32,000 nucleotides of DNA, taken from contig CAZETV010000001.1 of NCBI GenBank assembly GCA_964514965.1, positions 120,001 through 152,000 on the forward strand. The letters run 5' to 3'. Position 1 is the stretch's first letter. Every line of letters begins with the position of its first letter. Source of the stretch: Candidatus Hadarchaeota archaeon (GTDB taxonomy: Archaea; Hadarchaeota; Hadarchaeia; Hadarchaeales; Hadarchaeaceae). Both the position numbers and the translations under genes were made by a program. Under the pieces are notes generated by a model. That model had not been told where the DNA came from, did not search any database, and saw nothing but the letters and a program-made list of their open reading frames with translations. Below, one piece after another: positions 18,196 through 26,220 of this stretch.

Positions 18196-19281
18196 TCATC
18201 TCACTATCCTACCTGAAACGACTCCCCGCATCAACCTCTCTATTTCATCCATCCTGATTACCGCGAAATCGCCGGGTATCGTGTGCTTTAGACAAGAGGC
18301 CGCGACCGCAAAGTCTAGAGCTCTCTGATAATCTCCCTCGTGGGTTAATAGGCTGTGGATCATGCCTCCAGAGAAACAGTCGCCGGCCCCGATTCTGTCG
18401 ACGATGTGGGTGATATCATATGTGGCAGTTTTGTATAGTTTTTTTCCATCGTATAAAACACCTGTCCAAGTGTTATGGCTCGCGCTTATGCTCCCCCTTA
18501 GGGTGATTGCTTCTAATCTGAGGTTTGGGAATCTCTCCATTAACTTCTCCGCAACGAAACGATAACTCTCAGCTTCCACTTTACCCTTTGTTACATCCGT
18601 CCCTGGAGCTTTAATTCCAAACACCTTCTCCACATCCTCTTCATTACAGATACTGATGTCGACGTATTTCATCAGTTCTGACATAACGTCTCCCGGGGTT
18701 CTTCCCCATTTCCAGAGCTTGGAGCGGTAATTCAAATCGCAGGACACAGTTACCCCCATTTCCTTTGCTTTCTTGACTGCTTCGAAACAAGTTTCCGCCG
18801 CTCCTCGGCTCACGGCAGGGGTTATTCCAGTCCAGTGGAACCAGCGAGCATCAGAAAAAACTTTATCCCAATCTATCATTCCGGGTTCTATCGTTGCAAA
18901 GGCTGAATTACCCCTGTCGTAAATCACCTTGTTGGGCCTGTGTACAGCTCCGATTTCGGCAAAATAAATTCCTATGCGATCTCCACCTCGAATTATCTTA
19001 TCAACACCTACTCCGAACTGGCGGAGGTGGCTGATACAGGCGTCTCCCAAATCGTTATCGGGGAGACGTGTTACGAAATCCACTGGGAGCCCCAAGTTCG
19101 CTATAGCTACGGCAACATTACCTCCAGCTCCAGCATACATCGCATCGAACGATCTTGACTGCAAAAACCTCATGAAACCTGGTGTCGATAACCGGAGCAT
19201 CATTTCGCCGAATGTTACTATTTTTTTGTCCAAATAACCACTTTTCATTTCTTTTCCCTTATTTATATCTCTGTTTTTCAT
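18196..19281 (-). CDS. kdgK: PfkB-family 2-keto-3-deoxygluconate kinase
   Basis: 361 aa (likely start ATG at 19248); KKIVTFGEMMLRLSTPG, YAGAGGNVAVAIANLGLPVDFVTRLPDNDLGDAC, DRIGAGDCFSGGMIHSLL, SCDLNYRSKLW. Adjacent to the KDPG-aldolase-like gene. Confidence 0.85.
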   Translation of the reverse strand: MKNRDINKGKEMKSGYLDKKIVTFGEMMLRLSTPGFMRFLQSRSFDAMYAGAGGNVAVAIANLGLPVDFVTRLPDNDLGDACISHLRQFGVGVDKIIRGGDRIGIYFAEIGAVHRPNKVIYDRGNSAFATIEPGMIDWDKVFSDARWFHWTGITPAVSRGAAETCFEAVKKAKEMGVTVSCDLNYRSKLWKWGRTPGDVMSELMKYVDISICNEEDVEKVFGIKAPGTDVTKGKVEAESYRFVAEKLMERFPNLRLEAITLRGSISASHNTWTGVLYDGKKLYKTATYDITHIVDRIGAGDCFSGGMIHSLLTHEGDYQRALDFAVAASCLKHTIPGDFAVIRMDEIERLMRGVVSGRIVR

Positions 19282-19412
19282 GTAAGTTTTAAGACCACTT
19301 TTAAAAAACTCCCATTCACAAAAGCCGACTTTTATTTTGGCATCTTTTCGAAATTAGTGAGTAAACACTTAATTTTTTAGGCTTTGAGAGCGCTCCCAAT
19401 TGCAGTGATAAG

Positions 19413-20897
19413 GTGCCCCAAAAGCATGAAGAACTGATGGAGCTTGCTAAGCGACGCGGGTTCGTCTGGCCCTCGTTTGAGATTTATGGGGGAGTTGCAG
19501 GTTTCTATGATTTCGGGCCGCTCGGAGCACTTTTGAAGAACAAGATTATTCAGAAGTGGCGTGAGTACTACGTTGTTAAGGAAGGGTTTTTCGAGATAAA
19601 TTCTCCCAACGTTATGCCTGAGGAGGTCCTTAAGGCGAGCGGGCATGTTAATCACTTCGTTGACGCGATGGTCGAGTGCCAGAAGTGTGGTGCTGCATTC
19701 AAAGTTGCAGATTTGGCGCGCGAGCAAACAGGTAAGGATATCGAGGGCATGCCCAAAGAGGAGATGAATCAGTTCGTGAAAGAGCATCGAATGCGCTGCC
19801 CGGACTGCGGCGGAGAACTGGGGAAAATTTTCGATTTCAACGCAATGTTTCGAACGGCGGTTGGCCCTGGGAGTCAGCGAGTGGGTTACTTGAGGCCGGA
19901 AACTGCGCAGGGGATTTTCATCGACTTCAAGCGACTCCAGCGCCACGCGCGAGGCAAGCTACCGTTTGGGGTAGTGCAAATTGGCAAAGGCTACCGCAAC
20001 GAGATTTCCCCGCGTCAGGGCATCATAAGGTTGCGAGAGTTCACGATGGCAGAAGCCGAGGTCTTCTTCGATTCAGAGGATTCTCATCACCCAAAGTTTT
20101 CCGAGTTGGCAGGCGAACAGCTCAGACTTTGGCTGGCGGTCGACCAACAGCAGGGCAAAGAAAAACTAACTGAGGTAATGGCTGGAGATGCTGTTAAGCA
20201 AAAGCTCGTGTGCAATGAACTGATGGCGTACTACCTCGCGCTCACCAAGCGTTTCCTGCTCGATTTGGGTATCCCAAACGAGGCAATTCGATTTAGGGAA
20301 CAAACCCCAGGTCAACGGGCACATTACTCCAGCGAGACATGGGACGCCGAGATATCAACTGAAAGATTCGGTTGGGTCGAGGTTGCGGGACTGGCCAACC
20401 GTACAGATTACGATCTTTCACGTCACGCTGAATTTAGCAAGGAAGACCTAACGATATTTTCAGCAGATAAAAAGCGGAAAGTGCTCTGTCACGTGCTGGA
20501 ACCCTCTTATGGCATCGATCGCCCACTTTATTGCATGCTTGAGCACTCGTATGTGTCGGAGAAGAAACGCAAGTATCTTCGGCTTAAGAAAGAGTTTGCG
20601 CCCCTCGAGGTCGGCGTCTTCCCATTGCTTAACCGCGATGGAATACCCGAGAAAGCCCGCGAAGTTCATGACGCTTTGAGGGCAGGGGGTTTAATGGCTG
20701 AATATGACGATTCTGGGTCAATCGGTCGAAGATACGCGCGGGCTGACGAGATAGGAACACCATATTGCGTGACAATTGATTATCAAACTCTTGAAGATGA
20801 CACTGTAACTATTAGAAACCGTGATGACACTTCACAAGTAAGAGTCAGTACACTTAGTCTAGCCGATACAATAATCAACTTAATTAGGGGTTCTTAA
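19413..20897 (+). CDS. glyS: Glycyl-tRNA synthetase
   Basis: 494 aa; GFVWPSFEIYGGVAGFYDFGPLGALLKNKI, LRPETAQGIFIDFKRL, QIGKGYRNEISPRQGIIRLREFTMAEAEVF, EPSYGIDRPLYCMLEHSY, GRRYARADEIGTPYCVTIDY. Confidence 0.96.
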   Translation: MPQKHEELMELAKRRGFVWPSFEIYGGVAGFYDFGPLGALLKNKIIQKWREYYVVKEGFFEINSPNVMPEEVLKASGHVNHFVDAMVECQKCGAAFKVADLAREQTGKDIEGMPKEEMNQFVKEHRMRCPDCGGELGKIFDFNAMFRTAVGPGSQRVGYLRPETAQGIFIDFKRLQRHARGKLPFGVVQIGKGYRNEISPRQGIIRLREFTMAEAEVFFDSEDSHHPKFSELAGEQLRLWLAVDQQQGKEKLTEVMAGDAVKQKLVCNELMAYYLALTKRFLLDLGIPNEAIRFREQTPGQRAHYSSETWDAEISTERFGWVEVAGLANRTDYDLSRHAEFSKEDLTIFSADKKRKVLCHVLEPSYGIDRPLYCMLEHSYVSEKKRKYLRLKKEFAPLEVGVFPLLNRDGIPEKAREVHDALRAGGLMAEYDDSGSIGRRYARADEIGTPYCVTIDYQTLEDDTVTIRNRDDTSQVRVSTLSLADTIINLIRGS

Positions 20898-20981
20898 TCT
20901 AAGAAACCCAACCAGCTCGCTTCTTCAAATTCTATTGAAACAGCAGTTAGGTCTCGATTAAGGCGATATCTTATCTAACAT

Positions 20982-21884
20982 TCAAAACCGATCTAGGCTG
21001 GTCATGTAAAACTTTTCGCCATAAACTTGCTTGAAGGTTGCATTGTTTGTCAACTGTTTTACCATTAGTACTCCGTAACTTCTTCTGTGGATGATATACC
21101 CCAGAGATTCATAGCTTCTCAGTATTTTCCCGTCAAGAATTGTTGTATCATAAACTACTTGTGTGGCTTCATGCTCAAGAGAATGAATTAGCTTCTTTGT
21201 TTCTTCGGTACTGGTTGCAACAATTTCTTTGATGCGCAGTATTCCCTCTTCATTTTTGAATAGGGCATAGCCATTTTTATCGAGTAGAATCGTTTCAGGT
21301 GTTATTTTCTCGCGTTTATAAAGAATCTTAAAATAGTTCGCATCTCTTACAACAATTCCCGTTTTATCCATGGCGAATTCGTCATAGATTTTGGAAATTT
21401 TCTCCCAGTCAATTTCTTTTTCTCTCTTTTTTGGAGTTTTCGTTTCAACAAATTTGTAAGCACTTAGAAAATCTGTTGCATCTTCATAACCACGTTTTCG
21501 ATAGAAGTTATAAGCCATATATGACCGGGATGTTATTAAGAAGGAGAATCTGTAACCTTTATCTCTGAAATATTCGTGGGTTGTATTCATTAGAGTTGTG
21601 AAAATTCCCTTCCTGGTATGGCTCGGGAGAACTGCAACACCCCACATTCCTCCGGCATGTTCGATTCTACCGCCCAAGATTTTGGTTGTTAGGTCTATTA
21701 CTCCAGCAAAACCAACTATTTTGTCACCTTCAAGAGCACAAAAACCAATAGGGGTGTCCTTCAAATTTGGGTCGATTCTCGCCATTTCCTCAATTTGATG
21801 ACCAAAAGGCCGACCAAAAGCCAGACACATGAGGGGCAACATATCACTTTTGTTTTTTAGGTCTCGATACGAAATAATTTCCAT
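20982..21884 (-). CDS. GNAT-family N-acetyltransferase
   Basis: 300 aa; GFCALEGDKIVGFAGVI, MWGVAVLPSHTRKGIFTTLMNTTHEYFRDKGYRFSFLIT, YNFYRKRGYEDATDF. Confidence 0.82.
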   Translation of the reverse strand: MEIISYRDLKNKSDMLPLMCLAFGRPFGHQIEEMARIDPNLKDTPIGFCALEGDKIVGFAGVIDLTTKILGGRIEHAGGMWGVAVLPSHTRKGIFTTLMNTTHEYFRDKGYRFSFLITSRSYMAYNFYRKRGYEDATDFLSAYKFVETKTPKKREKEIDWEKISKIYDEFAMDKTGIVVRDANYFKILYKREKITPETILLDKNGYALFKNEEGILRIKEIVATSTEETKKLIHSLEHEATQVVYDTTILDGKILRSYESLGYIIHRRSYGVLMVKQLTNNATFKQVYGEKFYMTSLDRF

Positions 21885-22011
21885 ATTGCCGAGTCACCAT
21901 CCTGTAAAATAATTCTTTTAAAATTATATAAAAACCGATGTGGCACGAGCACGCATACAAGCGTGATATCAGTATTAGCAAAAAGACGATATAAATTCCG
22001 CACCGCTAAAG

Positions 22012-22977
22012 TTAAAAAACCAAGTAAATCATGATGGGCAATGCTATGAAGAGAGATACAAAAGTCAGGTAGAACACCATCGCCCCGTAGAGCTTGAGAT
22101 CTAGCTTGAAATTGTAGGCGAGGATGATGTTGAAGATGGCGGGCGGCATTAGGGATTGAATAAGCGTGGGTTTGGGTGTAATATCAGTAGCCACATTCAA
22201 CCCAGTCAACCAGATAAATGCTAAGATCACGATCGGACAGACCAAGAATCTTATCACACCCACGATCGCCAGCTTCGATAAGTACTTGCGGGGATTGACT
22301 ATGGGCATTTGGTAACCGACGAAAATAAGCATCAAAGCGAAAAACGGCTTGGCGAGGTAAATGTCGAACGTGTCTTTCACCAAATCAGGAAGGTAGGCAT
22401 TGAAACCGACGAAGAGCATTGCTGTTATGAGCGCTATGGTTGCCGGGAAGACCAGCACATTTGCTATCACGAAGCGCGGATTTACGCGTCGCTTACTGGA
22501 GGACGATGCGAGCGCCACACCCAGAACCAAGTTTGGGATTCCTATCGCCACTGCGTAGAGACTTGCTGGCCCCAAACCCACGATTCCAACCATGGCATAA
22601 ACGAGAGGCAAGCCGAGGTGGGTGACGTTCATGAACGCGGAGTTCAAGGCGACTGCGACGGTTGTTTTTTTGTTGTAGTGCCTGAAAACTGAAAACCCTA
22701 CGGCTAGCACAAAACAGATGCCTAAACCTATAAAACCAAAAACTGCGGCGCTGCTAAATCCCAAGATAGTACGCATATTGTAGCGCGCTATCGAAACAAA
22801 GACCACAGTTGGCAGCATCACCCATAGGATGACTACATTGAGGTAGCGAAATGCTGGCTTAGCGAGCAACCCTAAAATTTTGACACGGCCTGCGACAACT
22901 CTTGCGATAACTCCAACGATAATGAGCCCCAATACGTAGAAGGTAGGTGTTATGTAATCTCCGGGCATAGATTTCAC
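22012..22977 (-). CDS. AEC-family (auxin efflux carrier-like) transporter
   Basis: 321 aa polytopic; LNVVILWVMLPTVVFVSIA, NSAFMNVTHLGLPLVYAMVG, GVIRFLVCPIVIL, IMPPAIFNIILAYNF. Confidence 0.82.
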   Translation of the reverse strand: MKSMPGDYITPTFYVLGLIIVGVIARVVAGRVKILGLLAKPAFRYLNVVILWVMLPTVVFVSIARYNMRTILGFSSAAVFGFIGLGICFVLAVGFSVFRHYNKKTTVAVALNSAFMNVTHLGLPLVYAMVGIVGLGPASLYAVAIGIPNLVLGVALASSSSKRRVNPRFVIANVLVFPATIALITAMLFVGFNAYLPDLVKDTFDIYLAKPFFALMLIFVGYQMPIVNPRKYLSKLAIVGVIRFLVCPIVILAFIWLTGLNVATDITPKPTLIQSLMPPAIFNIILAYNFKLDLKLYGAMVFYLTFVSLFIALPIMIYLVF

Positions 22978-23220
22978 CAGTGGTTTTTGCTTGCTTGATT
23001 TGGCCTCCCAATTGCGCGGTTACTCCCAGCGCGACATAGCGATGAGCGCGGGTCTCGCTCGGTGAACACTCTCGCTTTCGGCCCCAGTAGTGTCGTTATT
23101 ATCTTAAATTTTTTTATCTTTTCCACCCGCATCATCTTCCAACCTCGTCGCGTTTTGCCAATCTATTTTTGGGTTGATAAACATTTTGTTCCATCAATAT
23201 TCAACTAAAAATATATTTTT

Positions 23221-23260
23221 TAGTATAGATAAACTTAAATGGATATAAAATAGTATAGAT
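23221..23260. promoter_or_regulatory. Direct repeat TAGTATAGAT x2 around a TATA-like element upstream of the HTH gene
   Basis: TAGTATAGAT at 23221-23230 and 23251-23260, start-to-start 30 bp; GATATAAAAT lies between them; gene starts at 23278. Confidence 0.4.
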
Positions 23261-23277
23261 TTGGGGGAGATGGCGAC

Positions 23278-23784
23278 ATGAATAAGAAAGTAAATAGGGG
23301 CGTAGAAAACTTTTTTTTACAAGATAAGCCAGTAAAAGCCTTAATTTTGTTAAAAAGGGAGAGTAAACAGCTTTACACGGCTATAATCTCTAAAGAAATC
23401 GATTGCACGTATGCGCACACTTTAAATGTGCTTTCAGAGCTAGAAAAGCTAAAATTAGTCATTTTTAAGGAAAGGGGGAGAGTTAAACTGGTTAATTTGA
23501 CAGAACTCGGAGAAGAAGCCGCCGAAGTCATTGAAAATTTCATTGATCTACTTAAACTTGGGGAGGTAGAGGCGGAGGTTAATCAGCTCTACGAACGAGA
23601 TGTTAAAGGACATTTAAGGGATGAAATGAACAAAAAGGATATATCTAGACAATTAGAGAAATATAAAGGCAATTTAAGGCTATTAGCTGATGGACGGCCC
23701 CAAAATGTTTTGCTTTTTGCAAAAAAGCTCTTAAAAAAAGTGGAAGGGATTGAAGCAGAAGCGCTTGGATACCCACCAAGTTGA
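23278..23784 (+). CDS. Winged-HTH transcriptional regulator (MarR/PadR-like) with a charged C-terminal helical region
   Basis: 168 aa; SKEIDCTYAHTLNVLSELEKLKLVIFKERGRVKLVNLTELGEEAAEVIENF matches a winged-helix pattern. Confidence 0.65.
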   Translation: MNKKVNRGVENFFLQDKPVKALILLKRESKQLYTAIISKEIDCTYAHTLNVLSELEKLKLVIFKERGRVKLVNLTELGEEAAEVIENFIDLLKLGEVEAEVNQLYERDVKGHLRDEMNKKDISRQLEKYKGNLRLLADGRPQNVLLFAKKLLKKVEGIEAEALGYPPS

Positions 23785-24040
23785 AATCTCTATTAAAAAA
23801 GGGCTAAATCCCTCTTGCAGGGTAATTATCCGAAAGCAGGGGTCTTCTACCTCCGGATTTCTTGCGAACTCCACCCCCCCCGAGTGGGTCAGTTACCTTT
23901 TATAAAGTAATGTGGTAAAATCAAAAATCGGCTGTGATGATGCGGCATAACTTTTGATGAGTTTTTACATTACTTAGGATAAGGTTTAAATACCAGAATT
24001 ACTTATTATAAAGCGAAAATTACTTTGCAAAGGTGATTAT

Positions 24041-24397
24041 ATGGAAGATAAGGGTGTGGCGGATAGAATTTTGGCGTTGGCGTACGGCAACCACCCGAAA
24101 AGCGCTTCCTTGAAACCAGAGGGGTTGAAAGTGTTGAGAGCATTGAGAGAGCAGGGCACCATGAGCATCGAACAGTTGATGGAGGTGCTGGGGTTGGATC
24201 AGAATTCCTCGGCTGGCCGCAAGCACTTTTACATTCTAATGAGACCCCTGAGAGAGACCGGCATGATTTCTACGAGAAGGGTCGGGGGCAAGACTAGCTA
24301 CTACTTAAGTTATGATGGCTTCAATCAGTACCTAAGGGAAATAAGGAAGGAAGCTGAATATTGGCTTACATCGGAGGCATTAAAAGAACGAACGTGA
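24041..24397 (+). CDS. Small winged-HTH-like protein, unknown function
   Basis: 118 aa; preceded by GGTGAT at 24032-24037; SIEQLMEVLGLDQNSSAGRKHFYILMRPLRETGMISTRRVGGKTSYYLSYDGF looks like a winged-helix domain. Confidence 0.6.
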   Translation: MEDKGVADRILALAYGNHPKSASLKPEGLKVLRALREQGTMSIEQLMEVLGLDQNSSAGRKHFYILMRPLRETGMISTRRVGGKTSYYLSYDGFNQYLREIRKEAEYWLTSEALKERT

Positions 24398-24416
24398 TGA
24401 TAAAAGAGGGATACAC

Positions 24417-24740
24417 TTGGCCAAGAAAACTGGAAAAACGCTCGTGAAGATGAGACAGCAAATACGTGCTGCGAAGCTGGCGAGATACAAGCGCGAGCTG
24501 GTGCAGGCTGGAGTAAGCTTAGGAATGCCTAAGCCGTCTGAAGAGGCACGAAAGGAAAAGGATGAAGAGTTGAAGCGGCTTTACTTGGAGCTTTTTTCGA
24601 AGTCTGAAGAAAGTGCGCAGGAAAAGTCGGCTGAACAACCTTTGGCCCAGGGAGAACATGAGAAAAAGACACCACAGGAAGGGGGAGCGCCTAAACCTCC
24701 CGTCCAGAAACCCACCGAAGAATCGGAGCACGGTAGCTAA
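24417..24740 (+). CDS. Hypothetical basic protein with a Glu/Lys/Pro-rich C-terminal tail
   Basis: 107 aa, TTG start, 20 nt after the upstream HTH gene; MRQQIRAAKLARYKRELVQAGVSLGMPKPSEEARKEKDEELKRLYLELF then a low-complexity tail. Confidence 0.5.
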   Translation: MAKKTGKTLVKMRQQIRAAKLARYKRELVQAGVSLGMPKPSEEARKEKDEELKRLYLELFSKSEESAQEKSAEQPLAQGEHEKKTPQEGGAPKPPVQKPTEESEHGS

Positions 24741-24839
24741 TCGTAGAAATAGAAAAACGCCAGGTCTGGTTGTCTAGCATACATGCTTGGAAAAAATTGA
24801 ATTGAAAAGGGATAAGCAATAGCTAAACGAATTTGCAAT

Positions 24840-25019
24840 TTGGAAAAGAATAAAACGCAATGCAATTGCACGTATGAACCTTGCCCACGAAAGGGCATCT
24901 GTTGTGAGTGTATTCAATATCACTGGCGGATGCGAGAACTACCCGCCTGTGTTTTCCCAAAAGATGTAGAGCGAACCTACGATCGTTCACTGGAACGGTT
25001 TATTGAGTGCGCCAGATAG
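24840..25019 (+). CDS. Small cysteine-rich protein, DUF6485-like
   Basis: 59 aa, missed by the ORF track: [62 protein letters not shown] start. Cysteine pattern CNC-X4-C-X4-CCEC. Confidence 0.75.
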   Translation: MEKNKTQCNCTYEPCPRKGICCECIQYHWRMRELPACVFPKDVERTYDRSLERFIECAR

Positions 25020-25101
25020 TGGTATCTAATCTTAGAATAGCAGAAATTTTGCCATGCCCGCGCCAGTTATTATCTATCCAAACAGTTACTATGTCTCTTG
25101 T

Positions 25102-25830
25102 TCAAACTCCCAGCGACTCGTTCGGTACGTTCTGTATTGGTTTTCCGTGTGTGGTTAAGTTGACGATATTTGCGTTAAATTCCCCGGCCAGCCACGTGAG
25201 TAAATCGTTGCATATCTCGAGTTTGATGAGTTTTCGCTTGATGTCCTTGTTGCCTGAGTGCCGTCCGATTTTCGTGCCGAGATCCATTCCAGCTAGGTAT
25301 ATCTTGCTCGCCCCCAACTCATGCGCTATAAAGGCTGCACGATCGCCGTCAGTAAATCCTCCGAAATTGAAGAGTTTGCCGAAAGGCTCGACCTGTGTGG
25401 TGCCGATGATTCGATCCTTTAACTGGGGGATGATTTTACGCACTTGTGCAACATTGTCTCCGTGGGCATGCACGACCAACCAAGAGCCTCGCTTCCAGGC
25501 CTCAAGCTGGTCATCGACTGAGCAATCCAAGTCAGTAACAATGATATCGGGGTTGCAATATCTGAACACGGCAGAGGTCGCACCATCTGCGGCGATCAAG
25601 GCCTTTTTCAAATAGCCCGCCTGTTCGAGTTTCTTGAGGTCTAAGTCGAGCGATGGACCGGCCCCGAAGACGACGCACTCGTGCCCACGAATAATGTTAG
25701 TCAGCTTCTGGATATCTGGCGGGGGCAGGAGCCCGTCAAGTAGCTTGGCAGCGTCCTCATCCGCCCTATGGTCAAGTTTTAACTTTTCCACGATTTGGTT
25801 GTACCAAGGTTTCCAAATTTCCCAGCGCAT
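25102..25830 (-). CDS. mptE: 6-hydroxymethyl-7,8-dihydropterin pyrophosphokinase, MptE-like (DUF115)
   Basis: CVVFGAGPSLDLDLKKLEQAG, LIAADGATSAVFRYCNPDIIVTDLDCSVDDQLEAWKRGSWLVVHAHGDN, QVEPFGKLFNFGGFTDGDRAAFIAHELGASKIYLAGMDLG. The track starts at 25935; ATG at 25830 (MRWEIWKPWY) avoids the overlap with the upstream gene. Confidence 0.9.
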   Translation of the reverse strand: MRWEIWKPWYNQIVEKLKLDHRADEDAAKLLDGLLPPPDIQKLTNIIRGHECVVFGAGPSLDLDLKKLEQAGYLKKALIAADGATSAVFRYCNPDIIVTDLDCSVDDQLEAWKRGSWLVVHAHGDNVAQVRKIIPQLKDRIIGTTQVEPFGKLFNFGGFTDGDRAAFIAHELGASKIYLAGMDLGTKIGRHSGNKDIKRKLIKLEICNDLLTWLAGEFNANIVNLTTHGKPIQNVPNESLGV

Positions 25831-25834
25831 ATCC

Positions 25835-26209
25835 TCAGCCCACGACTTCCAATATGACTTCTTCCCCTCGGTGGTTGTAAGCTTTCCAAGAGCGCTCATC
25901 GTATGGGGAAGCGGCGATGATGTGTATGTGTCCAAACTTCGCGAAAAGTGCTAGATCCTCTCTGGAAGGCGAAGCGTTTGTAGAGGGGTGACTGTGCACG
26001 GTGCCGCAGGCGCTTGGGTCTATTGGGAGCATGTGTAGCTTGAAAACTGCTGATCTGCCAGATGAGATGGTTCCGGGAAGTATGAGCACTTCCTTGACGA
26101 CATCTCCGGCTGCGCGCAACACTCCTGCGAATTCATTAGGGTGAATAGAGCGAGAGGCCCCTAGGATAAAATCCAAAGTCTCCCTGTCGATGCGGGAAAT
26201 TCGTTTCAT
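25835..26209 (-). CDS. JAMM/MPN+ domain metallopeptidase (Mov34/PAD-1 family)
   Basis: Catalytic motif GTVHSHPSTNASPSREDLALF with upstream Glu in HPNEFAGVL. The track start is 26269; internal ATG at 26209 (MKRISRIDRETLDFIL) removes the overlap. Confidence 0.87.
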   Translation of the reverse strand: MKRISRIDRETLDFILGASRSIHPNEFAGVLRAAGDVVKEVLILPGTISSGRSAVFKLHMLPIDPSACGTVHSHPSTNASPSREDLALFAKFGHIHIIAASPYDERSWKAYNHRGEEVILEVVG

Positions 26210-26220
26210 CTTCTCAGCAC

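Noticed and set aside
19377-19946. 189-aa minus-strand ORF
   Set aside because: Lies antisense to the start of glyS, whose motifs are unambiguous.
22978-23200. Possible tRNA or structured RNA in the GC-rich gap
   Set aside because: No acceptor stem/T-loop (GTTCRANNC) arrangement could be found by eye; no tRNA was identified anywhere in the window.
24041-24740. Idea that the pair is ribosomal protein S19e plus PDCD5-like protein
   Set aside because: The order and sizes recalled that pair, but the sequences lack the characteristic S19e and PDCD5 motifs, so they are left as unknown small proteins.
25007-25615. 202-aa plus-strand ORF in the track
   Set aside because: Antisense to the well-supported MptE gene; sequence shows no recognisable domain and looks like a shadow ORF.
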